A stretch of 64,000 bases of DNA, taken from an uncultured Bacilli bacterium. GTDB taxonomy: Bacteria > Bacillota_I > Bacilli_A > RF39 > UBA660. Position numbers and translations under genes: made by a program. Below are positions 10,151-21,579 of this stretch, one piece after another; within the stretch, counting starts at the first letter, position 1; each line of letters starts with the position of its first letter. The stretch spans positions 20,438 through 84,437 of the forward strand of contig CANPXE010000007.1 of the NCBI GenBank assembly GCA_947585665.1, in the 5' to 3' direction. The notes under the pieces were generated by a model. It worked only from the letters and a program-made list of their open reading frames with translations. It was not told where the DNA came from and ran no database searches.

Positions 10151-10690
10151 ATGGAGAAACAATGGTATGTCGTTAATACTTACTCAGGACATGAGAGTAA
10201 AGTTAAAGAAAAATTAGAGATGCGTGCTCAATCAATGGATATGAAAGACTACATTTTTAGAGTCGTTATTCCAGAGCAAAAAGAAATTGAAGTAAAAGAT
10301 GGTGTTACTAAGGAAAAGATAAAGAAGATGTTTCCTGGATATGTCTTAATTGAAATGGTTATGAGTGATGAAGCTTGGTTTGTTGTAAGAAATACTCCTG
10401 GTGTTACGGGATTCATTGGATCAAGTGGTAAAGGAGCTAAACCAACACCATTACAACCATACGAAGTAGATAATATCCTTAATAATATGGGTATCAGTCG
10501 TCTTGATGTTGATAAAGAATTAGAAGTTGGTGCTAAGGTCAAGATTATTGCTGGACCATTCACAGGTATGTTTGGTGTTGTTGATAGTATTGATCTTCCA
10601 AACCAAAAATTATTATTAAATGTTGATCTATTTGGACAAGAAACATCTGTTGAAGTTGAATTATCACAAATAGAAATATCAAATGAATAA
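10151..10690 (+). CDS. nusG: Transcription termination/antitermination factor NusG
   Basis: WYVVNTYSGHE, FPGYVLIEM, NTPGVTGF and KOW region VKIIAGPFTGMFGVV. ATG at 10151 lies 9 nt after AGGAG. Confidence 0.95.
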   Translation: MEKQWYVVNTYSGHESKVKEKLEMRAQSMDMKDYIFRVVIPEQKEIEVKDGVTKEKIKKMFPGYVLIEMVMSDEAWFVVRNTPGVTGFIGSSGKGAKPTPLQPYEVDNILNNMGISRLDVDKELEVGAKVKIIAGPFTGMFGVVDSIDLPNQKLLLNVDLFGQETSVEVELSQIEISNE

Positions 10691-10767
10691 TTCCAATAAG
10701 TGCTTGATTTTTATAATTGAATATGTTATTATTGAAGCGCTATATTGAATTATATAGAAAAATTTAA

Positions 10768-10811
10768 GTGGGAAGCGCGGACTTTGGCTATTTGGACCAC
10801 TCGCGAAAACG
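10768..10811 (+). promoter_or_regulatory. GC-rich structured leader element upstream of rplK (GUGGGAAG...CCAC)
   Basis: gtgggaagcgcggactttggctatttggaccactcgcgaaaacg is a conspicuous GC-rich island in AT-rich DNA. GTGG/CCAC closing pairs are present and the GUGGGARG core is shared with the rplA leader hairpin. Confidence 0.3.
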
Positions 10812-10837
10812 AAATTAAAAAATAGGAGGTGTTTTTC

Positions 10838-11263
10838 GTGGCAAAAGAAGTTGTTAAAAAGATTAAATTACAAATTCAAGCTGGAAAAGCTACACCTGCT
10901 CCACCAGTTGGAACAGTTTTAGGACCAGCAGGAATTAACCTACAAGAGTTCTGTACTAAATATAATGATGCAACAAGAGATAAGATGGGAGATATATTAC
11001 CAGTTGAAATTTCCATTTATGAAGATAGAAGTTTCGATTTCGTAATTAAAACTCCACCTACAGCCTTCTTGTTAAAGAAAGCAGCTAAAATCAATAAAGG
11101 TTCTGTTAAAGGATCTAGTGAGACAGTTGCAACTTTGACAAAAGAGCAAATTAGAGAGATTGCAGAAATCAAATTACCAGATTTAAATGCTTATACAATT
11201 GAAGCAGCAATGAAGATTGTTGAAGGTACTGCTCGTAATATGGGTATTGCTATTCAAGAATAA
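10838..11263 (+). CDS. rplK: 50S ribosomal protein L11
   Basis: [33 protein letters not shown] is the canonical L11 N-terminus. GTG at 10838 lies 9 nt after AGGAGG; the track start at 10829 is likely too early. Confidence 0.95.
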   Translation: MAKEVVKKIKLQIQAGKATPAPPVGTVLGPAGINLQEFCTKYNDATRDKMGDILPVEISIYEDRSFDFVIKTPPTAFLLKKAAKINKGSVKGSSETVATLTKEQIREIAEIKLPDLNAYTIEAAMKIVEGTARNMGIAIQE

Positions 11264-11320
11264 TAAAGATATAAAATATAAAATATTAAAGTAATTTATT
11301 TATACATATAGGTTTATACC

Positions 11321-11351
11321 TATGTGGGAGGATGATCCGCTTAACCACATA
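11321..11351 (+). promoter_or_regulatory. Hairpin immediately 5' of the rplA RBS (UAUGUGG-GAGGAUGAUCCGCUUAA-CCACAUA)
   Basis: A perfect 7-bp stem is read directly. The 3' arm abuts AAGGAGG of rplA. Confidence 0.35.
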
Positions 11352-11365
11352 AGGAGGAAAAGAAA

Positions 11366-12064
11366 ATGAAAAAAAGAGGAAAAAAATATGTTGAAGCCGT
11401 ATCTAAAATAGAAAAAGGTAAAGCATATACTAAAGAAGAAGCAGCAAAATTAGTTAAAGAAACATCCGTTAGTAAGTTTGTTTCATCAGTTGAGATTGCT
11501 GTTAGACTTAACTTAGATACTAAAAAAGCTGACCAACAATTAAGAGGTGCTATTGTACTTCCTAATGGTACTGGTAAAGATAAGAAAGTTCTAGTAGTAG
11601 CTAAAGGTGATAATGCTAAGAAAGCTGAAGCTGCTGGAGCTGATTTCGTAGGAGACGTAGATATCCTAGAAAAAATCGAGAAAGAAAACTGGTTTGGATT
11701 TGATGTTATGATCGCAACACCAGATATGATGCCACTTCTTGGTAAATTAGGTAGAGTGTTAGGACCTAGAGGACTAATGCCAAACCCTAAGACAGGAACT
11801 GTTACAGTTGATGTTGAAAAAGCTGTTAATGATGTTAAATCTGGACGTGTTGAATATAGAACTGACACTTTCGGTAATGTACATGGAATTATTGGTAATA
11901 CCGATTTTACAGAAGAGAAGTTAGTTGAAAATATGGATGCTTTTGTAGCAAATCTATTAAAAATTAAACCTGCATCTGTAAAAGGTGAATACATAAGAAA
12001 CATTGCTATTTCTAGTACTATGGGTCCTGGAATTAAAGTTAGTATAAATTCTTTTGACAAATAG
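11366..12064 (+). CDS. rplA: 50S ribosomal protein L1
   Basis: Typical L1 sequence ([31 protein letters not shown]). It follows rplK. Confidence 0.96.
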   Translation: MKKRGKKYVEAVSKIEKGKAYTKEEAAKLVKETSVSKFVSSVEIAVRLNLDTKKADQQLRGAIVLPNGTGKDKKVLVVAKGDNAKKAEAAGADFVGDVDILEKIEKENWFGFDVMIATPDMMPLLGKLGRVLGPRGLMPNPKTGTVTVDVEKAVNDVKSGRVEYRTDTFGNVHGIIGNTDFTEEKLVENMDAFVANLLKIKPASVKGEYIRNIAISSTMGPGIKVSINSFDK

Positions 12065-12094
12065 TATTTAGTAATATATAATATATATTGATTT

Positions 12095-12190
12095 TGGTGC
12101 CATAGACAGTAGGTATAAAAATAAATCCTACCGAGGACTTAAATGATAGAACTATTGGGTCTTTATGTCTATGACGTAGAGACCTTTTTT
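12095..12190 (+). promoter_or_regulatory. Ribosomal protein L10 leader with intrinsic terminator/attenuator
   Basis: The rplA-rplJ gap is structured. It has hairpin GTAGG..CCTAC (12108-12132) and a 10-bp stem GGTCTTTATG/CGTAGAGACC (12158-12184) followed by TTTTTT (12185-12190), just upstream of the rplJ RBS. An L10-leader attenuator is known in Firmicutes. Confidence 0.55.
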
Positions 12191-12223
12191 GTGGCACTTT
12201 TAAATATAATAGGAGGTGAAGAA

Positions 12224-12715
12224 ATGGCAAACGAAAAGATTCTAGCAAAAAAGCAAGAAATAATCGATGAGATTAAGGATCGTGTTCAAAATAGTTCATC
12301 TGTAGTTCTATTTGATTATCGTGGAATGACCGATGCTGAAATCAAAGAACTAAGAATTAAACTAAGAGAAAACGATGCTGACTATAAAGTATATAAAAAT
12401 ACTTTAATGGCTAGAGCTTTATCTGATTTGAAGATTGACATCACTGATAGTTTGGTTGGACCTAGTGCTATGGCCTTTGGTAAAGATCAAATCGGTGCTG
12501 TTAAAGTATTATCAGACGTTGCTAAGAACAACCAAGCATTAGTTTTAAAAGTTGGAATCATTGATGGAGAAATATCTGACAAAGCAAAATTAGCTGCTTT
12601 GGCAACAATTCCTTCAAGAGAAGGACTACTTACTATGCTTGCTGGTGGTATGATTGGTATCGCAAGAGACCTATCTATCTGCTTAGACTTATATGCTAAA
12701 CAAAAAGAAGAATAA
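12224..12715 (+). CDS. rplJ: 50S ribosomal protein L10
   Basis: MANEKILAKKQEIIDEI... with AGGAGGTG 6 nt upstream. The track start at 12143 reads through the leader. Confidence 0.95.
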   Translation: MANEKILAKKQEIIDEIKDRVQNSSSVVLFDYRGMTDAEIKELRIKLRENDADYKVYKNTLMARALSDLKIDITDSLVGPSAMAFGKDQIGAVKVLSDVAKNNQALVLKVGIIDGEISDKAKLAALATIPSREGLLTMLAGGMIGIARDLSICLDLYAKQKEE

Positions 12716-12761
12716 TAAGGGGAAAAAAGAAATTTAAAATAAAAATAGGGAGGAAAAGAAA

Positions 12762-13133
12762 ATGGCTAAATTAACAAAAGATGAATTTATAAGTGCTTTA
12801 AAAGAAATGAACCTTTTAGAAATTAAAGAATTAGTAGATGCAATGAAAGAGGAATTTGGAGTAGATCCAAGTGCTGTTGCTGTTGCTGCACCAGTTGCTG
12901 GAGCTGCTGCAGCTGATGACACTCCAAGTGTTGTAAGTGTTAACCTAGTTAATGCTGGAGCTGCTAAGATCAACGTTATCAAAGTAATTAAAGAAATTAC
13001 TGGATTAGGTTTAAAAGAATCTAAAGATATCGCTGATAACGGTGGAGCTGTTAAAGAAGGTATTTCTGTTGATGAAGCAAATGAAATCAAAGCTAAATTA
13101 GAAGAAGCTGGAGCAGAAGTAGAAGTTAAATAA
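12762..13133 (+). CDS. rplL: 50S ribosomal protein L7/L12
   Basis: Ala-rich hinge and C-terminal VIKEITGLGLKESKD...EEAGAEVEVK. Confidence 0.97.
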   Translation: MAKLTKDEFISALKEMNLLEIKELVDAMKEEFGVDPSAVAVAAPVAGAAAADDTPSVVSVNLVNAGAAKINVIKVIKEITGLGLKESKDIADNGGAVKEGISVDEANEIKAKLEEAGAEVEVK

Positions 13134-13149
13134 TTCTGTTTTAGTTACG

Positions 13150-13175
13150 AGAATCACTTAGGTGATTCTTTTTTT
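13150..13175 (+). terminator. Rho-independent terminator after rplL
   Basis: AGAATCAC-TTAG-GTGATTCT followed by TTTTTT. Confidence 0.8.
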
Positions 13176-13273
13176 GTAAAGTTTGTGTCAAATTACCAAA
13201 AAAGTATTGACTTGATTAGAAAACATTTGAAATATAAGCGTTTTTGAGGTATTATTATATTTGTTACGAAAGG

Positions 13274-13316
13274 AGAGTTAACTATATAATGTTATTAGTT
13301 AACTCTTTTTATTTTT
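13274..13316 (+). terminator. Second hairpin plus U-tract (attenuator-like) immediately upstream of the methyltransferase-rpoBC unit
   Basis: AGAGTTAACTA (13274-13284) pairs perfectly with TAGTTAACTCT (13296-13306), followed by TTTTATTTTT. It is preceded by TTGACT (13208-13213). Confidence 0.5.
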
Positions 13317-13325
13317 GAGGTGAAT

Positions 13326-13913
13326 ATGGGACAATACTTCTCTAATGACGATTTGAAAAGTAATATTCAAAAGTATGAAGTTGATATTTTAGGAAATCAT
13401 TATTCTTTTTATACGGATAATGGTGTCTTTTCCAAAGGCAAATTAGATTTTGGAACGCGGGTCTTAATTGAGACAATACCTTTAAATATATTAAAGGGTA
13501 ATATTTTAGATGTTGGTTGTGGTTATGGTGTCATTGATATCATTTTGGGAAAGTTAGTAGATGCTACCTTTTTAGGAATTGATGTTAATAGACGAGCCTT
13601 ACATCTTGCGGAAATGAACAAGAAAGAAAATAGAGTCGATAACGTCTCCTTTTTAGAGAGTGATTGTTATCAAAACATTAAAGATAAATATGACTTTATT
13701 ATTACTAATCCACCCATTAGGGCTGGTAAAAAAGTTGTTTATGAAATAGTTATGAATGCAAAAAACTATTTAAAAGAAAAAGGATCATTATTTATTGTTG
13801 TTCGTAAAGAACAGGGAGCTAAATCAATGATTCGTGATTTAGAAGAAATATATAACGTTCAAGTACTTGATAAGATTAAAAATTTTTTTGTAATTAAGTG
13901 CGATTTAGATTGA
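13326..13913 (+). CDS. Class I SAM-dependent methyltransferase, RsmC/YbxB-like
   Basis: VLDVGCGYGVI (motif I) and ITNPPIRAGK (NPPxH/R-type motif IV). Its position between rplL and rpoB matches Bacillus ybxB. Confidence 0.8.
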   Translation: MGQYFSNDDLKSNIQKYEVDILGNHYSFYTDNGVFSKGKLDFGTRVLIETIPLNILKGNILDVGCGYGVIDIILGKLVDATFLGIDVNRRALHLAEMNKKENRVDNVSFLESDCYQNIKDKYDFIITNPPIRAGKKVVYEIVMNAKNYLKEKGSLFIVVRKEQGAKSMIRDLEEIYNVQVLDKIKNFFVIKCDLD

Positions 13914-14010
13914 CTTATTGCTTGTAATATGTTATTAATATAAATTGGCAACGTGTTATTTTTAAATAATTATGTTCTTTGATTAAATATATTGTTAGGG
14001 GTGAATTTTA

Positions 14011-17000
14011 GTGGCATATAAGATAATTAATTGTGGTGACCACCGTAAAAGAAGAAGTTTTTCAAGAATAAAAAATACTTATGAATTAAAGGATTTATTA
14101 GAGATTCAGAAGAAATCATATCAATGGTTTATTGATACTGGTATCAAAGAGGTTTTTGAAGATTTATTCCCCGTTGAAAATTTTTCTGGTACTCTATCAT
14201 TAGAATTTGGTGATTATCATTTTGATGAACCAAGATATTCTATTAAACAAAGTAAGGATAGAGAGACTACTTACGCTGCACCTTTAAAGGTTGAAGTGCG
14301 TCTTTTTAATCATGAAACAGGAGAAGTAAAAGAACAAGAGATATTTTTAGGTGATATGCCTATTATGACCGATAGTGGAACTTTTGTTATCAATGGTGCA
14401 GAACGTGTTATTGTATCGCAATTAGTACGTTCTCCAAGTGTTTATTTTAATCGTGAAGTTGACAAGAGTGGTCGTACATCTCTAACATCACAAATAATTC
14501 CAACGCGTGGAACTTGGCTTGAATTTGAAACAGATGCCAGGGATGTTTTGTATGTTCGAATTGATAGAACTAGAAAAGTACCTATTACAACTCTTTTAAG
14601 AGCATTCGGTCTTTCTAGTGACGAAGAAATTCTTAAAGTATTTGGAAAAGATGAATACTTAGAGAATACTTTAGCTAAAGATTCAACTCGTAATACTGAT
14701 GAGGCTTTAATTGAAATTTATGAAAAGTTGAGACCAGGAGAACCAGCTACTTTGGATTCTTCTAAGAACCAAATCATTACTAGATTCTTTGATGAATTTA
14801 GATATGATTTAGCCAAAGTTGGTCGTTATAAATTTAATCGTAAATTAAATGTTCTTGATCGTGTTCTTGGACTAACTCTAGCTGAAGATATTAAAGTTGA
14901 TAAAAAGGTTGTTGTTGAAAAAGGAACAGTTATAAATAAAGATGTTCTTGATACTTTAAAACCTATTTTTGCTGACGGATATAATGTTAGTGAAGTAAAA
15001 ATTAATGAAGATTTAGATAATCTTAATAAGATTCAAACAATAAAAGTATATGATCCTACTGATAAGAAGAATGTTTTAACATTAATTGGTAATGATCAAA
15101 CAACAGAGGTAAAGAGACTTACTATACCTGATGTTTACGCTTCTGTTTCATATTACTTAAACTTATTAAAAGGATTTGGAAATATTGATGAAATTGACCA
15201 TTTAGGAAATCGTCGTATTCGTCAAGTAGGAGAACTTTTACAAAACCAATTTAGAATTGGTGTATCTCGTATGGAAAGAGTTATTCGTGAAAGAATGACA
15301 ACTCAAGAGATGGAAGAAGTAACTCCTAAAACATTAATTAATATTAGACCTATTACAGCCGCAATGAAAGAATTCTTTGGTAGTAGCCAATTATCACAAT
15401 TTATGGATCAAACAAACCCTATTGCTGAACTTACAAATAAGAGACGTCTATCTGCATTAGGACCAGGTGGATTATCAAGAGATAGAGCAGGTACAGAAGT
15501 ACGTGACGTTAATGCATCACACTACGGTCGTATTTGTCCAATTGAGTCACCAGAAGGACAAAACATTGGTCTAATTACATCTTTAGCAAGTTATGCTAAG
15601 ATTGATGACTATGGATTTATTATGACTCCTTACCGTAAGGTTGTTAATAAACAATTAACTGATGAAGTTGAATATTTAACTGCTGATGAAGAAGCTGATA
15701 TCATTATTTCGCTTGCTACTGTTAAAGTAGATGAAAATAATGTTATGACTGAAGACTTAGTTCCAGCAAGATATCGTGGTGAAAATATTTTAGTTAAACC
15801 TGAACAAGTTGACTATGTCGATGTTTCACCTCAACAAGTTGTTGCTGTTACGACAAGTTGTATCCCATTCCTAGAACACGATGATGCTACTCGTGCTTTG
15901 ATGGGAGCTAACATGCAACGTCAATCAGTTCCATTATTAAAAGCTGAAGCTCCACTTGTTGGTACAGGTGTAGAGTATGTTGCAGCTCGTGATAGTGGTG
16001 CTGTTGTAGTCTGTAAAGCAGATGGTGTTGTTGACTATGTTGATGCAAGAAAGATTGTTGTTACGACAAAAGGTGGAAAAGATGAATACTATCTATCTAA
16101 CTTTGAACTTTCTAATGCAGGTACTTGTCAACATCAAAGACCAATTGTTAAAGTTGGTGAAAAAGTTAAGCGTGGTTCTGTTATAGCTGATGGACCAAGT
16201 ACTGATCAAGGTGAACTTGCTCTTGGTAAAAATGTTGTTGTTGCCTTTATGACATTTAATGGTTATAACTATGAGGACGCTGTAATATTAAATGAAAACT
16301 TAGTTAAAGATGACGTTTATACTGGAATTCATTTGGAAGACTTTGAAATGCAATGTCGTGAAACTAAATTAGGACCAGAAGAAATTACTCGTGATATTCC
16401 TAATGTTAGTGATGAAGCAAGAAAGAATCTTGATGAAAATGGTATCGTTATCGTTGGTACAGAAGTTAAAGAAGGAGATATTTTAGTTGGTAAAGTTACA
16501 CCAAAAGGTATGGCTGAATTAACTTCCGAAGAAAAATTATTACACGCTATCTTTGGTGAAAAGACACGTGAAGTAAGAGATACATCATTACGTGTTCCAC
16601 ATGGTGGTGATGGTATTGTTCACGATGTTAAGATTTTCTCTCGTAAAGATAATGATGAACTACCAGCTGGTGTCAGCAAAGTAATTCGTGTTTATATCGC
16701 GCAAAAGAGAAAAATCCAAGTTGGAGATAAGATGAGTGGTCGTCATGGTAATAAAGGTGTTATTTCACTAATTCTTCCACAAGAAGATATGCCTTACTTA
16801 CCTGATGGTACTCCTGTTGATATCATGTTGAACCCACAAGGTGTTCCTTCTCGTATGAACCTTGGACAAATTTTGGAGCTACACTTGGGTATGGCTGCGA
16901 AAAAGTTAGGTGTTCATGTTGCTACCCCAGTATTCGATGGTGCTAAAACTGAAGATATTGCGGAAATGATGGCAGAAGCCGGAATGGATCCTGATGGTAA

Positions 17001-17649
17001 GACTGTTCTATACGATGGACGTACTGGTGAAAAATTTGATAATCGTGTATCTGTCGGTGTCATGTATATGATTAAACTACATCACATGGTTGATGATAAA
17101 TTACATGCTCGTTCTACTGGACCTTATTCTTTGGTTACACAACAACCTCTTGGTGGTAAAGCTCAATTTGGTGGACAAAGATTTGGTGAAATGGAAGTAT
17201 GGGCATTAGAGGCCTATGGTGCATCACACGTTCTTCAAGAAATCTTAACTGTTAAATCAGACGACGTTGTTGGTCGTGTTAAAGTATATGAATCAATTGT
17301 TAAAGGTGAAGATATTAATCAAGCTGGTGTTCCTGAATCATTCAGAGTATTAATGAAGGAATTCCAAGCATTAGGTTTGGATATCAGTATCGTTAATGAT
17401 AAGAATGAAGTTCTTCAATTGAAAGAAATCGAAGAAGAAGAATATAAAGAAGATATTGATCCTAACTTAGATAATATTGAAATACCTGCTCACCAAATTG
17501 GTGAAGAAGAAACAAATGATGACTATAACGAAGATGAAGAACAAGATGAATTCGAAGATGAAGATCTTGATTCACTTGATGATGATGAATTTGATCAAGA
17601 CTTTGAAAGTGACTTTGAAAATAAATTAATGGAAGGGGATGAAGCATAA
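14011..17649 (+). CDS. rpoB: DNA-directed RNA polymerase beta subunit, with ~70-aa poly-acidic C-terminal tail
   Basis: Canonical beta motifs ([31 protein letters not shown]). GTG start. The tail [10 protein letters not shown]...[21 protein letters not shown] spans 17425-17646. Confidence 0.97.
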   Translation: MAYKIINCGDHRKRRSFSRIKNTYELKDLLEIQKKSYQWFIDTGIKEVFEDLFPVENFSGTLSLEFGDYHFDEPRYSIKQSKDRETTYAAPLKVEVRLFNHETGEVKEQEIFLGDMPIMTDSGTFVINGAERVIVSQLVRSPSVYFNREVDKSGRTSLTSQIIPTRGTWLEFETDARDVLYVRIDRTRKVPITTLLRAFGLSSDEEILKVFGKDEYLENTLAKDSTRNTDEALIEIYEKLRPGEPATLDSSKNQIITRFFDEFRYDLAKVGRYKFNRKLNVLDRVLGLTLAEDIKVDKKVVVEKGTVINKDVLDTLKPIFADGYNVSEVKINEDLDNLNKIQTIKVYDPTDKKNVLTLIGNDQTTEVKRLTIPDVYASVSYYLNLLKGFGNIDEIDHLGNRRIRQVGELLQNQFRIGVSRMERVIRERMTTQEMEEVTPKTLINIRPITAAMKEFFGSSQLSQFMDQTNPIAELTNKRRLSALGPGGLSRDRAGTEVRDVNASHYGRICPIESPEGQNIGLITSLASYAKIDDYGFIMTPYRKVVNKQLTDEVEYLTADEEADIIISLATVKVDENNVMTEDLVPARYRGENILVKPEQVDYVDVSPQQVVAVTTSCIPFLEHDDATRALMGANMQRQSVPLLKAEAPLVGTGVEYVAARDSGAVVVCKADGVVDYVDARKIVVTTKGGKDEYYLSNFELSNAGTCQHQRPIVKVGEKVKRGSVIADGPSTDQGELALGKNVVVAFMTFNGYNYEDAVILNENLVKDDVYTGIHLEDFEMQCRETKLGPEEITRDIPNVSDEARKNLDENGIVIVGTEVKEGDILVGKVTPKGMAELTSEEKLLHAIFGEKTREVRDTSLRVPHGGDGIVHDVKIFSRKDNDELPAGVSKVIRVYIAQKRKIQVGDKMSGRHGNKGVISLILPQEDMPYLPDGTPVDIMLNPQGVPSRMNLGQILELHLGMAAKKLGVHVATPVFDGAKTEDIAEMMAEAGMDPDGKTVLYDGRTGEKFDNRVSVGVMYMIKLHHMVDDKLHARSTGPYSLVTQQPLGGKAQFGGQRFGEMEVWALEAYGASHVLQEILTVKSDDVVGRVKVYESIVKGEDINQAGVPESFRVLMKEFQALGLDISIVNDKNEVLQLKEIEEEEYKEDIDPNLDNIEIPAHQIGEEETNDDYNEDEEQDEFEDEDLDSLDDDEFDQDFESDFENKLMEGDEA

Positions 17650-20600
17650 TGATAGCTGTAAATGAATTTGAAGCATTAAAAGTTGGAATTGCTTCCCCTG
17701 AAAAAATTCGTGAATGGTCTTATGGTGAAGTAAAGAAACCTGAGACAATAAATTATAGAACATTACGTCCTGAAAGAGATGGATTGTTCTGTGAAAAGAT
17801 TTTTGGACCTACCAAAGACTTTGAATGTGCTTGTGGTAAGTACAAAAGAGTAAGATATAAAAATATCGTTTGTGACAGATGTGGTGTTGAAGTTACTCGT
17901 GCTAAAGTAAGACGTGAAAGAATGGGTCACATTGAACTTGCTAGCCCTGTTTCGCACATATGGTTCTTCAAGGGTGTTCCATCTCGTATGGGTCTTGTGC
18001 TTGATATGAGCCCAAGAGATTTGGAAGAAGTATTATACTTTGTCAGTTATGTTGTAATTGATAAAGGTATTGCTCCTCTTGAAGATAAACAAACCCTTTC
18101 TGAAAAAGAATATCGCCAATACTATGAAAAATATGGCAATGGTTTCAAAGTTGGAATGGGTGCTGAAGCAATCAAAGAATTACTTAAAAAAGTTGATTTG
18201 AAAAAAGAAATCGATACTATAACAGAAGAGTTACAAAATGCTCAAGGTCAAAAGAGAACAAGACTTGTTAAGAGATTAGATGTTCTAAATGCTTTCTATA
18301 AGTCTGGTCAAAGACCTGAATGGATGATTCTTGATGTCATTCCTGTCATTCCACCTGAACTTAGACCAATGATTCAATTGGATGGTGGAAGATTTGCAAC
18401 AAGTGATTTGAATGATTTATATCGTCGTGTTATTAATCGTAATAATCGTTTAAAGAAATTATTAGATTTAAATGCGCCTGGAATCATTATTCAAAATGAA
18501 AAACGTATGTTACAAGAAGCAGTTGACGCTCTATTTGACAACGGAAGACGCGGTCGTAGTGTCACTGGTGCTGGAAATCGTCCTTTGAAATCACTTTCTA
18601 GTATGTTAAAAGGTAAACAAGGTCGTTTCCGTCAAAACCTATTAGGTAAACGTGTTGACTACTCTGGTCGTAGCGTTATCGTCGTTGGACCAAGCTTAAA
18701 GATGTATCAATGTGGTATTCCAAAAGAAATGGCTCTTGAACTATTTAAGCCACACGTTATTCATGGTTTAGTTGAGAAAGATATTGCTCACAACATTAAA
18801 GCAGCAAAACGCTTAATTGAAAATAGAGATCCACAAGTTTGGGATATTGTTGAAGAAGTAATTAAAGAGCATCCAGTTATGTTAAATCGTGCTCCTACAC
18901 TTCATAGACTTGGTATTCAAGCATTTGAACCAGTTCTAATTGGTGGTAAAGCTATTCGTTTACATCCATTGGTTTGTCCTGCATTTAACGCTGACTTCGA
19001 TGGTGACCAAATGGCTGTGCACGTACCACTTTCTGAAGAAGCTCAAGCTGAAGCAAGATTATTAATGCTTGGTGCTAATAACATCCTAAGTCCAAAAGAT
19101 GGTAGCCCAATCGTTACACCATCACAAGATATGGTACTTGGTAACTACTATCTAACAATGGAAAAAGCTGGACTTCCTGGTGAAGGAAGAGTATTTAAAA
19201 ATACTAACGAAGCATTAATGGCATATGAAAGAAAAGAGATTACTCTTCATACAAGAATTGCTGTTCCTGTTAACTCATTTAAACATAAATTATTTACTGA
19301 AAATCAAAAAGGTAAGTATTTAGTTACTACTGTTGGTAAAATTAAATTCAATGAAATATTACCAGATTCCTTTGCTTATATTAATGAACCAACAGCTGAT
19401 AACATTCAAAATATTACTCCTAATAAATACTTTATTGATAAGGGCGAAAATATTGAAGAAAAGATTAAAGAAATGCCACTTGTAAAAGCTTTCGCTAAGG
19501 GAACTTTGGAAAGTATAATTGCGCAAATCTTTAAGCGTTATAGAACTACTGAAACATCTATAATGTTGGATAAGATGAAAGACTTAGGTTTCCACTATTC
19601 AACTATTGCTGGTATTACTGTATCAATTAGTGATATCGTCATCAGTGATACGAAGAATGATGTCATTTCTGAAGCAAACAAGATGGTTGATAAAATCAAT
19701 AAACAATACAATCGTGGTCTAATTACTGAAGAAGAAAGATTTGATAAAGTTATTTCAACTTGGGATAATGCTAAGAATGAAGTACAAAAAGAACTTCAAC
19801 AAAAAGCTGATGCCGATATTGATAACCCAATCTTCATGATGATGCACTCTAAAGCTCGTGGTTCAATTTCTAACTTTACACAAGTTGCTGGTATGCGTGG
19901 TATCATGGCTAAACCAGATGGTACACCAGTTGAAATTCCAATTACATCTAACTTCCGTGAAGGATTATCAGTTGCTGAATTCTTCTTGTCAACACATGGT
20001 GCTCGTAAAGGTTCAGCTGATACAGCCTTAAAGACTGCTGACTCTGGATACTTAACAAGACGTTTAGTTGATGTATCACAAAATATCATCGTAAGAGAAG
20101 AAGATTGTGGTACAGAAAATGGTGTTGTCGTTAAAGAATTTGTTAATGATAAGACTGGTGAAGTAATCGAAAAATTATATGATCGTATCGTTGGTCGCTT
20201 TGCTAATAAGAAGATCATTAATCCAAAGACAAAAGCTGTTATTTGTGAAAAACTAGATTTAATTACTGAATCACTTGCTGAAAAGATAGTTGATGCCGGA
20301 ATTACTGAAGTTGAAATAAGAACTTGCTTAACTTGTAACACTGTTAATGGTGTATGTAAGAAATGTTATGGTCGTAACCTAGCAACTGGTAACTTAGTTG
20401 AAATAGGTGAAGCAATTGGTATTATGGCTGCTCAAGCTATTGGTGAACCTGGAACACAATTGACAATGCGTACATTCCATAATGGTGGTGTTGCTGGTGG
20501 AGACGATATTACACAAGGTCTTCCAAGAATTCAAGAATTGTTTGAAGCAAGAATGCCAAAAGGTAAAGCAACTATTGCCGAGATTAATGGTAAAGTTAAA

Positions 20601-21281
20601 AAGATTGATGAAGATCATGGTAAATATCGTATTAGTGTTAAGAATGATCTTGAAACAAAAGAACACGTTTCTAACTATGGTGTTAAACTAAGAGTTGCTG
20701 TTGGTGATGAAGTAGAAGCAGGAGATAAATTAACTGAAGGTGCTATTAGCCCTAAAGAATTACTTGCTGTAACTGATCCATTAACTACGCAAGAATACAT
20801 CTTAAAAGAAGTACAAAGTGTATATCGTGGACAAGGTGTTGATATTTCTGATAAACACGTTGAGATTATCGCAAGACGTATGATTTCTAAAATGCGTATT
20901 GTTGAACCAGGAGATACATTGTTCTTACCAGGATTATTAGTTAACTTTAGAGAATTTACTGATGGTAATAAAGAAGCAATCATTCAAGGAAAGAAACCAG
21001 CTGTTGGTAAACCAGTTCTACTTGGTATTACTAAAGCTTCTCTTGAAACTGATTCATTCTTAGCTGCTGCTTCATTCCAAGAAACAACAAGAATCTTAAC
21101 TGATGCAGCTATTAAGGGAAAAGTTGATAAACTTGAAGGATTAAAAGAAAACGTTATTATTGGTAAGTTAATTCCAGCTGGTACTGGTGTTAGAACTTAT
21201 CGTAACGTTGAATATGAATTATCTTCTCAATTCATTGATGAGGAACCTCTTGATAAATTAGAAGAAGAATTTATGGATTAA
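17649..21281 (+). CDS. rpoC: DNA-directed RNA polymerase beta' subunit
   Basis: Zn finger [14 protein letters not shown] and catalytic [10 protein letters not shown] 1-nt overlap (TAATG) with rpoB is present. Confidence 0.97.
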   Translation: MIAVNEFEALKVGIASPEKIREWSYGEVKKPETINYRTLRPERDGLFCEKIFGPTKDFECACGKYKRVRYKNIVCDRCGVEVTRAKVRRERMGHIELASPVSHIWFFKGVPSRMGLVLDMSPRDLEEVLYFVSYVVIDKGIAPLEDKQTLSEKEYRQYYEKYGNGFKVGMGAEAIKELLKKVDLKKEIDTITEELQNAQGQKRTRLVKRLDVLNAFYKSGQRPEWMILDVIPVIPPELRPMIQLDGGRFATSDLNDLYRRVINRNNRLKKLLDLNAPGIIIQNEKRMLQEAVDALFDNGRRGRSVTGAGNRPLKSLSSMLKGKQGRFRQNLLGKRVDYSGRSVIVVGPSLKMYQCGIPKEMALELFKPHVIHGLVEKDIAHNIKAAKRLIENRDPQVWDIVEEVIKEHPVMLNRAPTLHRLGIQAFEPVLIGGKAIRLHPLVCPAFNADFDGDQMAVHVPLSEEAQAEARLLMLGANNILSPKDGSPIVTPSQDMVLGNYYLTMEKAGLPGEGRVFKNTNEALMAYERKEITLHTRIAVPVNSFKHKLFTENQKGKYLVTTVGKIKFNEILPDSFAYINEPTADNIQNITPNKYFIDKGENIEEKIKEMPLVKAFAKGTLESIIAQIFKRYRTTETSIMLDKMKDLGFHYSTIAGITVSISDIVISDTKNDVISEANKMVDKINKQYNRGLITEEERFDKVISTWDNAKNEVQKELQQKADADIDNPIFMMMHSKARGSISNFTQVAGMRGIMAKPDGTPVEIPITSNFREGLSVAEFFLSTHGARKGSADTALKTADSGYLTRRLVDVSQNIIVREEDCGTENGVVVKEFVNDKTGEVIEKLYDRIVGRFANKKIINPKTKAVICEKLDLITESLAEKIVDAGITEVEIRTCLTCNTVNGVCKKCYGRNLATGNLVEIGEAIGIMAAQAIGEPGTQLTMRTFHNGGVAGGDDITQGLPRIQELFEARMPKGKATIAEINGKVKKIDEDHGKYRISVKNDLETKEHVSNYGVKLRVAVGDEVEAGDKLTEGAISPKELLAVTDPLTTQEYILKEVQSVYRGQGVDISDKHVEIIARRMISKMRIVEPGDTLFLPGLLVNFREFTDGNKEAIIQGKKPAVGKPVLLGITKASLETDSFLAAASFQETTRILTDAAIKGKVDKLEGLKENVIIGKLIPAGTGVRTYRNVEYELSSQFIDEEPLDKLEEEFMD

Positions 21282-21288
21282 AAAAGAA

Positions 21289-21314
21289 AGTCGAGAAAAA
21301 AACTCGGCTTTTTT
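21289..21314 (+). terminator. Rho-independent terminator after rpoC
   Basis: AGTCGAG-AAAAAAA-CTCGGCT followed by TTTTT. Confidence 0.75.
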
Positions 21315-21408
21315 AATACAAAAATATAAATTTGTAATATAATATAAATATATACTGAATTTGCTTTTAATAAGCATTTATAGTAAAATGTTTGGTGTGG
21401 TGATAACG

Positions 21409-21564
21409 ATGAAACTTAATAATAAAGGTTGGGGATTAGGAACCTTCTTAATCTTCTTACTCATATTTTTTATTTTTTTATTGCTGATTGCTGTTTTAGT
21501 AAATCAATTTAATAGTAGATTTCTTATTGAACAAATAATTTTTAGTTATCAACAATTAATGTAA
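21409..21564 (+). CDS. Possible 51-aa single-TM membrane peptide
   Basis: MKLNNKGWGLGTFLIFLLIFFIFLLLIAVLVNQF... with a weak GGTG RBS. It could be non-coding. Confidence 0.25.
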   Translation: MKLNNKGWGLGTFLIFLLIFFIFLLLIAVLVNQFNSRFLIEQIIFSYQQLM

Positions 21565-21579
21565 AAAAATAAAAGGCAA

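Noticed and set aside
11341-12060. 239-aa ORF antisense to rplA, and similar long antisense ORFs at 12734-13090 (rplL), 19796-20341 and 20675-20983 (rpoC), 27167-27541 (tuf), 7275-7592 (uvrA), 10249-10563 (nusG) and 29587-29904 (eno)
   Set aside because: They lie entirely inside highly conserved genes on the opposite strand, have Ser/Thr/Ile/Leu-rich low-complexity translations and lack RBSs. Shadow ORFs of this kind are typical of codon-biased AT-rich genes.
12143-12223. N-terminal extension of rplJ proposed by the ORF track (start 12143), and similar long starts for folD (22643), the ssrA-adjacent methyltransferase (35298), rnr (30988) and mscL (22038)
   Set aside because: In each case an internal ATG or GTG with a properly spaced Shine-Dalgarno gives the canonical N-terminus. 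The extensions run through leader, terminator or promoter sequence.
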